From positions 1 to 54,193 of the forward strand of contig SKUL01000292.1 in the NCBI GenBank assembly GCA_007129985.1: a stretch of DNA of 54,193 bases, in the 5' to 3' direction. The notes under the pieces were generated by a model. It saw only the letters and a program-made list of their open reading frames with translations. It had not been told where the DNA came from and did not search any database. This stretch comes from Flavobacteriales bacterium (lineage in GTDB: Bacteria; Bacteroidota; Bacteroidia; Flavobacteriales_D; SKUL01). Position numbers and translations under genes: made by a program. Of the stretch, positions 16,723 to 25,780 are shown one piece after another; the first letter of the stretch is position 1, and every line of letters starts with the position of its first letter.

Positions 16723-16734
16723 AAAATCATTGTT

Positions 16735-17082
16735 ATGTCAGACATCGAAATTTACCACAATCCGCGTTGCCGAAAAAGCAGAGAAGCACTGGATATCTTG
16801 CGCGAAGCAGGACACGAACCTTCTATCAGGCTTTATTTGGACGACACGCCGGACGTAGATACTTTCAAGAAGCTACTGGCCAAATTAAATATCAAGCCCG
16901 AGGCCTTGCTCCGCAAGGGCGAGGCTGTGTACAAGGAAAAGTTTCGCGACAAGAATTTCACGGATGAGGAGTGGATTACCATCATGCTCGAAAACCCAAA
17001 GCTCATTGAACGCCCCATTGTAATTCGTGGAAACAAGGCCGTAGTGGGAAGGCCACCTGAGCGAGTGAAGGAAATCGTATAG
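16735..17082 (+). CDS. arsC: ArsC/Spx-family reductase (glutaredoxin-type arsenate reductase-like)
   Basis: 115 aa. The IEIYHNPRCRKSREAL motif has the catalytic Cys in the ArsC position, and there is a C-terminal ...IERPIV... Confidence 0.7.
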   Translation: MSDIEIYHNPRCRKSREALDILREAGHEPSIRLYLDDTPDVDTFKKLLAKLNIKPEALLRKGEAVYKEKFRDKNFTDEEWITIMLENPKLIERPIVIRGNKAVVGRPPERVKEIV

Positions 17083-17122
17083 ATCCATTTGTATTGCTCA
17101 AACGAAACTCTTTTTGGAGGAA

Positions 17123-17156
17123 TAAAAAAAAGGCAGCCCTCGGGCTGCCTTTTTTG
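17123..17156. terminator. Bidirectional rho-independent terminator
   Basis: AAAAAAAA-GGCAGCC-ctcg-GGCTGCC-TTTTTT lies between convergent genes ending at 17082 (+) and 17175 (-). The A-tract and T-tract flank the stem, so it can act on both strands. Confidence 0.8.
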
Positions 17157-17174
17157 ATGTAAGAATGGGTGGTC

Positions 17175-19019
17175 TTATTTGATCACCAGTTTCTTGGTTG
17201 TGTAGCTATTGTTTGCGCGGATGCTGAAAGAGTACATTCCGGCAGCTACGTTAGAGAAGTCGTACTCGAAGCGGTGCTCACCGGCAGGCTGCACACCGTA
17301 GTCCTTGTTCATTACGATGCGTCCCATGTTATCAAACAGGAACACCTGAACGTTTGAAGTCTCGAGCAAGCTGAACTCCAGAGTAGTAAAACCAACAGTT
17401 GGGTTCGGATATAGCTCTTCAACAGTTACGAGTTCAATCTCATCGATGCTGTTGATAATATTCACGTCACACCACTCCTCGCTCATCCCGATACGAACCA
17501 TGTAGGTAGAACCGGTGAAACAAGGGTCGCAAGTCTGAGTGTCGAATTCAGCAATCAGGTAGGTGGAGAAATCTGGCGACTGTCCGCTTATACCAATGGT
17601 TGCCTGTTCGTTTCCTGCAAAAGTGTGGAACATCGCTACATACTCATCACCGGGGAAAACAGGAACGGCGAATTGTCCTTCCAACCAGGCGTAAGTGAAG
17701 TTGTTACCGCCGCCATCATTCATCATATCGGCGTTAACCTCCATCAGGTCAGTGTTCGCCACGTAGTCAAGACCAGTTGCAGAAAAAGCGCGAAGCTCAT
17801 AGTCAAAGAAAGCACCCATGTCTGAGGCTGATGAAATGGCTGCACCGATACACCAGATCTCTCCTGGCTCGTCAAAGCAGAATCCATTACCTCCCCAGAA
17901 ATCATCCAATCCCAAACCGGCAACTGCATTCAAAGACTGATCATCGCGGGCAAATTCGCCTGGAGAAACATTGAACGACCGAGTGGCCACGTTGTCATCG
18001 GGGTTGGCATCTTCCTGGTCTTGCAAAATGGTGTAGGCAATGGTGTAAGTACCAGCAACCGCAGGAGGGGTCCAAGGATCTAGTTCCAGATAAGCAGTCT
18101 CGCCGGCAGGCACAGTGGTAGAGGCACTGCTTACGGTTACATCCAATCCTCCGGGACCGGTTACGTTCACTTCCAGTGTAACACCGGTTTGCTCTTCAGT
18201 TCCTGCGTTGAAAGCCACAGCATTGAAAGTCAATGGGCGTACTTGAGACTCAGGGTAAGTAGAGTAGGGAAGGTTACACCAGTCATCTGCTTCAGGATCA
18301 TGGTTGCTGTAACGTGGGGTCTGAATGCTCATGTCGTTGTCGTCGGGTACAACGAGGCTTACATCGTCAATGGCCCAGAACCAACCCCAAGAAGCAGAGA
18401 AGTTGAACTCAACCCATACTGTTTCCTGATTGGCAGCAACATCCGTAATGTTTACTACAACCAATTCTGGATTTTCAGTATTTACGTTCGTGGTAATGTG
18501 CTCAAGAACCGGGAATTCTGTCCAGTTCTCACCATCGGTACTCACACGTACAGTATAGGTAGAGCTCCAGTTGCGTGTAACGCAGTAAAAACGAAGGTTC
18601 ACGAAATCATGGTCGCTCAAATCAACCGGATTGGCCATTCGCAGGTTGCAATCTTGTTGCGAACCGTCGCCTTGTGAGTCACCATCTACCAGAGCATAAC
18701 CGTTTTCTGCAGTTGGTGTTTGAATGGGCGTAAGCGCACCAAAGGGAGGTGCATTTAAATCTGTGGTGATAAACCAGTCGGTGGGAGGCGATGAATTGTT
18801 ATTGAATGTCCAGTTGTTGTCGTCTGAAAAGTCATCTTCCCAGATAACTGTAAATCGCTGATTGTTAGTCTGAACAGGCTTTTGAGCAGGGCGGTCATCC
18901 TGCATGTTAACGGGTATGCCGGCATCTCCGCGAAGGGGCTGGGCAATCTCGTTAGCAGACTGCGCCATAGCTGCAGTACCAACCAAAAGCGAAGCCGCAA
19001 AAAGGTAAATTTTCTTCAT
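17175..19019 (-). CDS. Secreted protein with T9SS C-terminal sorting domain
   Basis: 614 aa with a signal peptide (MKKIYLFAASLLVGTAAMAQ). The C-terminal roughly 80 aa (LYPNPT.G.TTLEF....SNVQV.LFD..GR.V.........G.H...YDFS....G.Y....) match the type A Por/T9SS CTD. The N-terminal region is MAM/choice-of-anchor-like. Confidence 0.8.
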   Translation of the reverse strand: MKKIYLFAASLLVGTAAMAQSANEIAQPLRGDAGIPVNMQDDRPAQKPVQTNNQRFTVIWEDDFSDDNNWTFNNNSSPPTDWFITTDLNAPPFGALTPIQTPTAENGYALVDGDSQGDGSQQDCNLRMANPVDLSDHDFVNLRFYCVTRNWSSTYTVRVSTDGENWTEFPVLEHITTNVNTENPELVVVNITDVAANQETVWVEFNFSASWGWFWAIDDVSLVVPDDNDMSIQTPRYSNHDPEADDWCNLPYSTYPESQVRPLTFNAVAFNAGTEEQTGVTLEVNVTGPGGLDVTVSSASTTVPAGETAYLELDPWTPPAVAGTYTIAYTILQDQEDANPDDNVATRSFNVSPGEFARDDQSLNAVAGLGLDDFWGGNGFCFDEPGEIWCIGAAISSASDMGAFFDYELRAFSATGLDYVANTDLMEVNADMMNDGGGNNFTYAWLEGQFAVPVFPGDEYVAMFHTFAGNEQATIGISGQSPDFSTYLIAEFDTQTCDPCFTGSTYMVRIGMSEEWCDVNIINSIDEIELVTVEELYPNPTVGFTTLEFSLLETSNVQVFLFDNMGRIVMNKDYGVQPAGEHRFEYDFSNVAAGMYSFSIRANNSYTTKKLVIK

Positions 19020-19183
19020 AATAGGTGATTTTAGTTAATGATTAGCAACAATTTTGTTAGGCCAAAAGTAACATTAAATCCCTGAAAAAAGAAAAGCAGC
19101 GCTTGTTTTTGCACTGCTCATCTGTGGAAAAAGTTGCCACCATTAAAAACCTAGATGCCATATTTTGCAGGGCTTGGGCAAAT

Positions 19184-22069
19184 TTATGTCGGCATGGCTG
19201 TTTCGTAAGACTCAATGGATGGGCAGGTACAAATCAGGTTACGGTCACCGTAGGCATTGTCCACACGGGCTACCGGAGCCCAGTACTTCCAGTTGCGCAA
19301 GTAATCTGCAGGGTAGGCAGCTTCCTGACGCGAGTAGGGGTGCGGCCAGTTATCAGCCGTTGCTTCCATGGCTGTATGCGGAGCGTTCCGCAACAGGTTT
19401 TGCTCTTTGTCGGCAGCGCCGGTTTCAATGGCCTTGATTTCCTCACGAATCTTAATCATTGCCTCGCAGAAACGATCCAATTCCTCCAGCGATTCACTCT
19501 CAGTGGGTTCAATCATCATGGTACCTGCCACAGGGAAGGATACCGTTGGTGCATGGAATCCGTAGTCAATCAATCGCTTGGCGATGTCTGCTACTTCAAT
19601 GCCCGCGCTGTTTTTAAACATTCGGCAATCAATAATCATCTCGTGGGCAGCATATCCGCGCTCACCGGTGTAAAGAACGGGGTAATAGCCGTCCAGCTTT
19701 TGCTTGATGTAGTTGGCGTTCAGAATAGCGTATTCCGTGGCACGCGTTACACCCTCACCGCCCAACATTTTGATGTAGCCGTATGAAATGAGCAGAATCA
19801 ATGCGCTACCGTAGTGAGCACCTGCAATAGAGCGGTTGTTGCCATCTTCTGCGGGGTGGGTAATAGCGTGTTTTCCGAGGAATGGCTCAAGATGCGACTT
19901 CACACAGATAGGGCCCATGCCGGGGCCTCCGCCACCGTGGGGAATCGCAAAGGTTTTGTGTAGGTTGAGGTGACAAACATCAGCGCCAATGCTCCCCGGG
20001 TTGGTTAAACCTACCTGGGCATTCATGTTGGCACCGTCCATGTAAACTTGCCCACCATGTTGATGCACAATCTCGTTGATTTCAATGATGGCCTTCTCAA
20101 ATACACCGTGTGTAGATGGGTAGGTCACCATAAGCCCCGACAGGTTGGCTGAGTGGGCTTCGGATTTTGCGCGAAGGTCATTCACGTCGATGTTTCCTTT
20201 TTCGTCGCACTTTACAACCACCACGTCCATTCCGGCCATTACCGCGCTGGCTGGGTTCGTGCCGTGTGCGGATGAAGGAATCAACATCACATTGCGGTGA
20301 TCTTCTCCACGCGCTTCATGGTATCCGCGAATAGCCATCAAACCGGCGTATTCGCCTTGCGCACCCGAATTGGGCTGAAAAGAAACCGCGTCGAAGCCCG
20401 TAATCTCGCACAGCATCTCTCCCAACTCGTCGATGATTTCCACATAACCTGCGGCCTGCTCAGCCGGCACATAGGGGTGAATGTTGGAAAACTCCGGCCA
20501 GGTCAGCGGAAGCAACTCGCTGGCTGCGTTCAACTTCATGGTACAAGATCCCAGCGAAATCATGGAATGCGTAAGCGAGAGATCTTTGTTTTCCAAACGC
20601 TTCATGTAACGCATCATCTCAGACTCTGAGTGATACATGGAGAATATCTCGTGGGTGAGGAACGCTGAACTTCGGCTGAGCTGAGGATGGATATGCAAAT
20701 CGTCTGTAATTTCAGCTCCCGAACTTCCATTAGAGCCGGCAAGACCCGCAAAAAGAGAACGAAGTTGCAGAAATTCAGCGTTAGTAGCCGCTTCGTGCAG
20801 ACTCACGCCCACGCTTCCGTCAGCAAAGTAGCGCAGATTGATGCCTGCGTTGAGGGCTGCGTTGCGCAATGCGTTTTGCGTCACGCCATCTTTCATGCTA
20901 ATTTTGAGCGTATCGAAATAGTATTCGTTTTGGTTTTTGAAGCCCATGGCGTTGAGCTCCATTTCGAGCCAACGGGTTTTTCCGTTGATTTCAGAGGCGA
21001 TGGCTTTCAAACCGTCGGGACCGTGGTAAACGGCATACATGGATGCCATCACGGCCAGCAGAGCCTGAGCGGTGCAGATGTTTGAGGTTGCTTTTTCGCG
21101 CTTGATGTGCTGCTCACGTGTTTGGAGCGCCATGCGCAGAGCCTGGTTTCCGTGGCGGTCTTTGGATACCCCGATAATACGGCCGGGAATGTGTCGCTTG
21201 AAATCTTCTTTGGTGGCAAAGAAAGCTGCGTGAGGTCCGCCAAAACCCATTGGAACACCAAAGCGCTGGCTGTTTCCAAATGCGATGTCTGCGCCCCATT
21301 CTCCGGGAGGAGTGAGCAACACAAGGCTCATCAAATCGGTGGCCACTGAAACGAGAATTCCCAATGCACGAGCCGTTTCTGTAAACGAGCGGTAGTCGCA
21401 AACCTCGCCGGTATTATTGGGATATTGGAGCATGGCTCCGAAGTAGCTGCCGTCAAGCGTATGCTCTTTCCAGTTTGCCACAACCAGTTCAATGCCCAGC
21501 GGAACAGCACGGGTCTTCAATACCTCAAGGGTCTGTGGAAACACCTCGGCGTCCACAAAAAACTTCAGAACGCCTGATTTGATGGCTTCCCTGCTTCGGA
21601 GGTTGAAGCTCATAATCATGGCTTCGGCAGCAGCAGTGGCTTCATCCAACAGCGATGCATTGGCAAGCTCCAATCCACAAAGATCACTTACAACGGTTTG
21701 GAAATTCAGCAGCGCTTCCAGACGACCCTGTGCAATTTCAGCCTGATAAGGCGTGTAGGCCGTGTACCATCCCGGATTTTCGAGAATATTGCGTTGAACC
21801 ACAGCGGGAACAATAGTGGGGGAATAACCCATTCCGATGTAGGTCTTATTGATGGTGTTTTTGGCTGCTTTTTCGCGCAGCATAGAGACATATTCGAATT
21901 CGCTCATCCCTTCTGCGAGGTTGAGAGGTTGCTTCAGGCGGATATTGTCCGGAATGGTCTCATGAATGAGCTCTTCCATACTATTCAGACTCAGTGATTG
22001 AAGCATGGTTTTTACCTGCTCTGGGCGAGGTCCGAGGTGTCGTCGTTCAAATTTGCTGTGGTGTGACAT
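19184..22069 (-). CDS. gcvP: Glycine dehydrogenase (aminomethyl-transferring), single-chain P protein
   Basis: 961 aa. FERRHLGP at the N-terminus, TAYTPYQAEI.QGRLEALLNFQT and the PLP-lysine region HLNLHKTF.IPHGGGGPG are diagnostic of GcvP. Confidence 0.95.
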   Translation of the reverse strand: MSHHSKFERRHLGPRPEQVKTMLQSLSLNSMEELIHETIPDNIRLKQPLNLAEGMSEFEYVSMLREKAAKNTINKTYIGMGYSPTIVPAVVQRNILENPGWYTAYTPYQAEIAQGRLEALLNFQTVVSDLCGLELANASLLDEATAAAEAMIMSFNLRSREAIKSGVLKFFVDAEVFPQTLEVLKTRAVPLGIELVVANWKEHTLDGSYFGAMLQYPNNTGEVCDYRSFTETARALGILVSVATDLMSLVLLTPPGEWGADIAFGNSQRFGVPMGFGGPHAAFFATKEDFKRHIPGRIIGVSKDRHGNQALRMALQTREQHIKREKATSNICTAQALLAVMASMYAVYHGPDGLKAIASEINGKTRWLEMELNAMGFKNQNEYYFDTLKISMKDGVTQNALRNAALNAGINLRYFADGSVGVSLHEAATNAEFLQLRSLFAGLAGSNGSSGAEITDDLHIHPQLSRSSAFLTHEIFSMYHSESEMMRYMKRLENKDLSLTHSMISLGSCTMKLNAASELLPLTWPEFSNIHPYVPAEQAAGYVEIIDELGEMLCEITGFDAVSFQPNSGAQGEYAGLMAIRGYHEARGEDHRNVMLIPSSAHGTNPASAVMAGMDVVVVKCDEKGNIDVNDLRAKSEAHSANLSGLMVTYPSTHGVFEKAIIEINEIVHQHGGQVYMDGANMNAQVGLTNPGSIGADVCHLNLHKTFAIPHGGGGPGMGPICVKSHLEPFLGKHAITHPAEDGNNRSIAGAHYGSALILLISYGYIKMLGGEGVTRATEYAILNANYIKQKLDGYYPVLYTGERGYAAHEMIIDCRMFKNSAGIEVADIAKRLIDYGFHAPTVSFPVAGTMMIEPTESESLEELDRFCEAMIKIREEIKAIETGAADKEQNLLRNAPHTAMEATADNWPHPYSRQEAAYPADYLRNWKYWAPVARVDNAYGDRNLICTCPSIESYETAMPT

Positions 22070-22093
22070 AATGCCGTGGGCTTAAATTTGCCG

Positions 22094-22122
22094 CAAAGAT
22101 ACATACTAATCACCTCGCAAAA
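22094..22122 (-). promoter_or_regulatory. Candidate promoter for gcvP
   Basis: On the minus strand: TTTTG (22122-22118), a 16-nt spacer, then TATCTTTG (22101-22094), which matches TAnnTTTG. It lies 24 nt upstream of the gcvP ATG. Confidence 0.35.
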
Positions 22123-22171
22123 CACGGTTGATATTGTATGCCGATTTGCTGTGGATTTCTACTTTTGATGC

Positions 22172-22942
22172 ATGACTCAAACCATTCGGATTGCACTTTG
22201 TTCGGCCCTGCTCGCGTGTTTGTTGAGCGAGTCGAAAGCCCAGTACATTTTTGAGATGATGAACGGCCGCCAACTTGAGGTTTTTCACTTCAATGATTCG
22301 GCATTCATAGATATTCGTTTCACCTACGACAAGAACAGCTTGCGCAATCAGCGCATCCGGCAGTACAATGAAAATCTCCGCTACGAAATTGCCGACCGCA
22401 AAGGCGACCAATTAACTCGCGCCGAACTGGACGCGCTGGTAGAGAAGAACAAAAAGAGCCTGCGGCCTGAGAAGAAAAAGGAAACTTACGTATCGCGCGA
22501 TGATGTGTTTGCCATCATTGATTCCGATGGGAATCGCCAGATTCTTTACGAGTACCAACCCGAGTATGGCAATGATTACACCGTGCGTGAGATGGAAGAG
22601 TTTATGCTTGGTCAACGCGATGCCATGCTGAATTACAAGGCACCGCTGGCATTTTGGGGCGGAGCTGCTTTTGGGTTACTGGGTGGCCTCGCCTGGCAGA
22701 ACAGCATTTTTGCAGTTTCAACACCCGTGGTATGGACGCTGTTTACGGCCATTCCGCCCATCCACATCAAGGAGCGCTATATGCACGACCCAAACATGAA
22801 AACGGATGCCTACCGTGCAGGTTTTGCGCGCAATGCACGCAGCCGACAGTTGATTCAGGGACTCAAAGGCAGTGTAATCGGAACGGCAGCTGGAGTTTTG
22901 TTGTACTCTGTGCTGGCCAACAACGTAGAAGGTATTCGCTGA
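22172..22942 (+). CDS. Hypothetical protein (signal peptide, C-terminal membrane helices)
   Basis: 256 aa. The N-terminal signal ends at SKAQ, and there are three hydrophobic segments in the C-terminal 100 aa. I recognise no family. Confidence 0.55.
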   Translation: MTQTIRIALCSALLACLLSESKAQYIFEMMNGRQLEVFHFNDSAFIDIRFTYDKNSLRNQRIRQYNENLRYEIADRKGDQLTRAELDALVEKNKKSLRPEKKKETYVSRDDVFAIIDSDGNRQILYEYQPEYGNDYTVREMEEFMLGQRDAMLNYKAPLAFWGGAAFGLLGGLAWQNSIFAVSTPVVWTLFTAIPPIHIKERYMHDPNMKTDAYRAGFARNARSRQLIQGLKGSVIGTAAGVLLYSVLANNVEGIR

Positions 22943-22949
22943 GGCTGGC

Positions 22950-23813
22950 TTGAAAGCAGGATTGAAACCGGTATTGAGGCTCCTGCTGTTCGGAAATCTT
23001 TGGATTGCGCTAGGTGCCGCACTTATAACGGCACAAACCTGCTGGTTGATTGAGCGACCGGGCGCCGCCATGGCGTGGTTTGTTTTTTTCTCCACTGCTT
23101 CGGGTTACACCTTTCACCGATTGATGCGGTTTAACCGATGGAGTTTGCGCTTACAATCGACGCGGGTAAACTGGCTACTCAGAAGTCGCAAGGTGCTTAC
23201 TGTGTGGTTTGCCTTTACTTCGGTCATGGCATCGGTGTGGGCGGTATCAATTTTTCCGTTCGAATTTCTCGTTGCGCTGCTTCCATTAGTGCTGATTACT
23301 GCTGCCTATGTGGTACCAGTCATTCCTGCACGAGGAGAGTGGCTGGCACTGCGCGATGTGCCGGGTGCCAAACTGTGGGTGATTGCTTTCACGTGGGCCA
23401 CGGTTACCGTTGCATTGCCGTTGTGGTACTTTAAGCCGGAAATCGGCGTAGCAGCAATGTTCTTGATGATTATAGAACGAAGCTGTTGGATTGCCGCGCT
23501 AACCATTCCGTTTGATGTGCGCGATGTGTCCTTTGATGATGCCCGTCAGAAGACCTTGCCTCAAACGCGCGGGGTAGGAGGTGCCCTAAGGGTTTCATTT
23601 GGACTGATGGGCGCGTTTGCCGTGATGGTGAGTTTGCTTTTTCTGCTTAACGAGTACAGCTTTTTTACGTGGTTAGCCATACTGGCTTCAGCAGCGGTGG
23701 GAATTGTGATGATTTACAAAAGCAAAAGTGTCACCAACGAGTTTTACCACGCTTTTTGGATTGACGGGTTGATTATTCTGCAGCCTGCGTTGGTGTTTTT
23801 GAGTTTGGGGTGA
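22950..23813 (+). CDS. Polytopic membrane protein, possibly UbiA-like prenyltransferase fold
   Basis: 287 aa with about 8 hydrophobic helices. Its layout is reminiscent of UbiA-family proteins, but I cannot point to the Asp-rich motifs with confidence. The start is TTG. Confidence 0.45.
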   Translation: MKAGLKPVLRLLLFGNLWIALGAALITAQTCWLIERPGAAMAWFVFFSTASGYTFHRLMRFNRWSLRLQSTRVNWLLRSRKVLTVWFAFTSVMASVWAVSIFPFEFLVALLPLVLITAAYVVPVIPARGEWLALRDVPGAKLWVIAFTWATVTVALPLWYFKPEIGVAAMFLMIIERSCWIAALTIPFDVRDVSFDDARQKTLPQTRGVGGALRVSFGLMGAFAVMVSLLFLLNEYSFFTWLAILASAAVGIVMIYKSKSVTNEFYHAFWIDGLIILQPALVFLSLG

Positions 23814-23846
23814 AAAAGACCTGACTTCGAGCTACGTGTCCGGTCT

Positions 23847-24173
23847 TTACGGCACCAGTTTAAAGATGTCCTCAAGTTCTTTATCAGAAATGGAACTCTT
23901 TTCAGACTTGTCAAAAATAGAAGTCAGGTAAACGGTAGTTCGTGCGACCTTCACATAGGTGATGATTCTTGCACCGCCAGATTTCCCTTTCCCTTTGGAG
24001 GTGATTGCTAATCTGACCTTGTAAAAGTGATTGCCCAGCGATGTGCCTTGTTCCGGTTGTTCGCTGAGCCTATCAACGAGAATGGCGAGGTCTTTTTTGA
24101 GTGAAGGATATTTTTTGGCTAGTCTTTTAGCCTGCCTGTCGAAAAGTGGTATTGACGAGACACTATAGCTCAT
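23847..24173 (-). CDS. Type II toxin, RelE/ParE superfamily
   Basis: 108 aa. F.RQAKRLAKKYPSLKKDL..L...L...P..G..LG...YKVR.AI.SKGKGKSGGARII.Y and SI.DKSE..SISDKEL follow the common Bacteroidota RelE/ParE-like toxin pattern. Confidence 0.8.
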   Translation of the reverse strand: MSYSVSSIPLFDRQAKRLAKKYPSLKKDLAILVDRLSEQPEQGTSLGNHFYKVRLAITSKGKGKSGGARIITYVKVARTTVYLTSIFDKSEKSSISDKELEDIFKLVP

Positions 24174-24396
24174 CGAGCAGTTCTTGCGCAGGTCGCGCTC
24201 TTAGCTTGCCTTCTTCCACCAACTTCAGCTCGCTGATGGCTTCCTTGAGCTCGCTTAATAACTGCTCTTTGGTAGGCTCTTGATACTCCAGCGACTCCAA
24301 TTCCTTGTACTGCTTTTTCAGTGCATTCCATTCATTGATTGGGATGTAAACACCGGTTGCTTTACCCTTGCTATCTTGTATTATCTGGAGTTTCAT
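24163..24396 (-). CDS. Putative cognate antitoxin
   Basis: The track ORF was trimmed to ATG 24396 (MKLQIIQDSKGKATGVYIPINEWNALKKQYKELE...), giving 77 aa. It overlaps the toxin start by 11 nt in the antitoxin-first arrangement. Confidence 0.6.
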   Translation of the reverse strand: MKLQIIQDSKGKATGVYIPINEWNALKKQYKELESLEYQEPTKEQLLSELKEAISELKLVEEGKLRARPAQELLDEL

Positions 24397-24678
24397 GATT
24401 CTGAGGAGTCTTGGTGATTGAAGGCTTAGAAGCCAAGGTATCACAAATTTACTGATTTTGGCGGGAAAAGCAATGGTTTGGCTGTTTACGTCTTTCACGC
24501 TAAGGCCAACCAAGCCTTAGCGCCTGACTTTTGAGCATTTCGCCACGAAGCATGGGCTGCTTCTGGAGATAGCTTGCTGAAGGAGTGTCAGTGTTCAAAA
24601 AGAGAACAAAAGTGAGAAACGATAAAGCTTCTATCCTTCATTCACCTGAAATAAGGCCCAAGAGCGTATATTTACAGA

Positions 24679-24870
24679 GTGGAAATCAAGTATCGCACAA
24701 AAGAGGAGAGCAACCGCGAGAGGCAAAAGGCTTTTTTGAAGCTTTCGCCCTCGGAGCGTGTGGCGGCATTTCTTACCCTGAGTACATACATGCTGCGCTT
24801 TCCTTCACGCGCTTCATCCAGGAGCGCTCCGAACTCCGAAACGCATTTTATCCTGGAGAAGAAGAATTAA
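24679..24870 (+). CDS. Small hypothetical protein (63 aa)
   Basis: The start is GTG. The N-terminal half (EIKYRTKEESNRERQKAFLKLSPSERVAAFL) resembles small proteins I have seen next to Bacteroidota nucleotidyltransferase genes. It competes with an overlapping 103-aa ORF in another frame whose sequence looks random. Confidence 0.3.
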   Translation: MEIKYRTKEESNRERQKAFLKLSPSERVAAFLTLSTYMLRFPSRASSRSAPNSETHFILEKKN

Positions 24871-25047
24871 ATGTTGAGGGGTTGGTACATGGATAGATTT
24901 CTTTCATCGAGGTTGCATCTTGAGAAATTCGGGGTTTTTCAGGGCGCATTTTTCACCGTTTTCGCAAGAATTCAGATTACACTGCGCAAAACTTCCTTTC
25001 ATAACCAAACGATGAAATGACGAGTTTGCCAAGCAAAGAAAAAATGG

Positions 25048-25518
25048 ATGAACTGGGGTGAGGATATTGATCGCTTTTTGATTTTGTCAGACAAGCATTC
25101 AGTACGCATGCTAATGATTGGCGGTGGCGCGGTGAATTTTCACGGCTATCAGCGTCATTCAGCAGATGTTGACTTTTGGATTGAAACCACGCCTGAAAAT
25201 CTCCAAAAGCTCATTCTGGTTTTTCAGGAATTGGGTTACGACATAGAAGCTTTTCCTCCCGAAGTAATCAATCAGCAACAGAATATCTCAGTGAAATTCT
25301 CGCCTGTTGCGCTTGATCTTGATCTGATAACAAGATTTGATATCGGAAAGACTTTCGATGAAGCCTTCCGCGAGAGTGAAGTTGTTTCCATTGCTGGGAA
25401 AGACGTTGCGAAATGGAGAGTACTGAATTACGAAGACCTGATAGAGAGTAAACGACGTGCGGGTCGCCCAAAAGACCTACTTGATATTCAACAGTTGAAG
25501 TCCATTCGGAATGGATAG
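25048..25518 (+). CDS. Minimal nucleotidyltransferase-fold protein (DUF6036/MNT-like)
   Basis: 156 aa. MLMIGGGAVNFHGYQRHSADVDFWI fits the hGG-x(n)-DxD pol-beta NTase motif. The C-terminal KRRAGRPKDLLDIQQL is typical of this group. Confidence 0.65.
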   Translation: MNWGEDIDRFLILSDKHSVRMLMIGGGAVNFHGYQRHSADVDFWIETTPENLQKLILVFQELGYDIEAFPPEVINQQQNISVKFSPVALDLDLITRFDIGKTFDEAFRESEVVSIAGKDVAKWRVLNYEDLIESKRRAGRPKDLLDIQQLKSIRNG

Positions 25519-25780
25519 CTGTTTAGAGACGCCTCGCCGAACTTCATTTTGTAAAGATACATGTTCAGCGTAGCGGGGTTACTGAGTCTGTCAAAGTACG
25601 CTACGCCGAACGAGATTGATTGCTATAAACTTTGTTGATCTGGTGCATTTTCAAGCCCTCCAGCCCAACAATCGTTTGCTCTGGCACGATTCTTAACACG
25701 CAGAACTAACATTGGTACGTTTAAAATCAACCAAAGAGAACCCAACGGCAGGGCGAGTCGGGCTTAACTTTGTGAATTGT

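Noticed and set aside
22070-22171. A possible glycine riboswitch upstream of gcvP.
   Set aside because: The leader is only about 100 nt and is shared with a divergent gene. I see no GGAGAG...CACCG-type aptamer cores. A simple promoter (TATCTTTG box) explains the region.
23815-23846. A possible bidirectional terminator between convergent genes (AAAGACC...GGTCTTT).
   Set aside because: The 7-bp stem encloses a loop of about 18 nt with poor internal pairing and no flanking T or A tracts. It is too weak to call.
24585-24896. A 103-aa ORF overlapping the 63-aa candidate in another frame.
   Set aside because: The sequence looks random, with mixed charged and Gly residues and no secondary-structure periodicity. 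The alternative frame has a more protein-like N-terminus, though that one is also weak.
25568-25607. An inverted repeat GCGTAGCG...CGCTACGC, plus a direct repeat CGCCGAAC, in the gap before the glucosaminidase gene.
   Set aside because: It is an 8-bp stem with a 24-nt loop and no T-tract. It occurs once and has no matching partner at the left edge of the islet, so the evidence is insufficient for a terminator or an att site.
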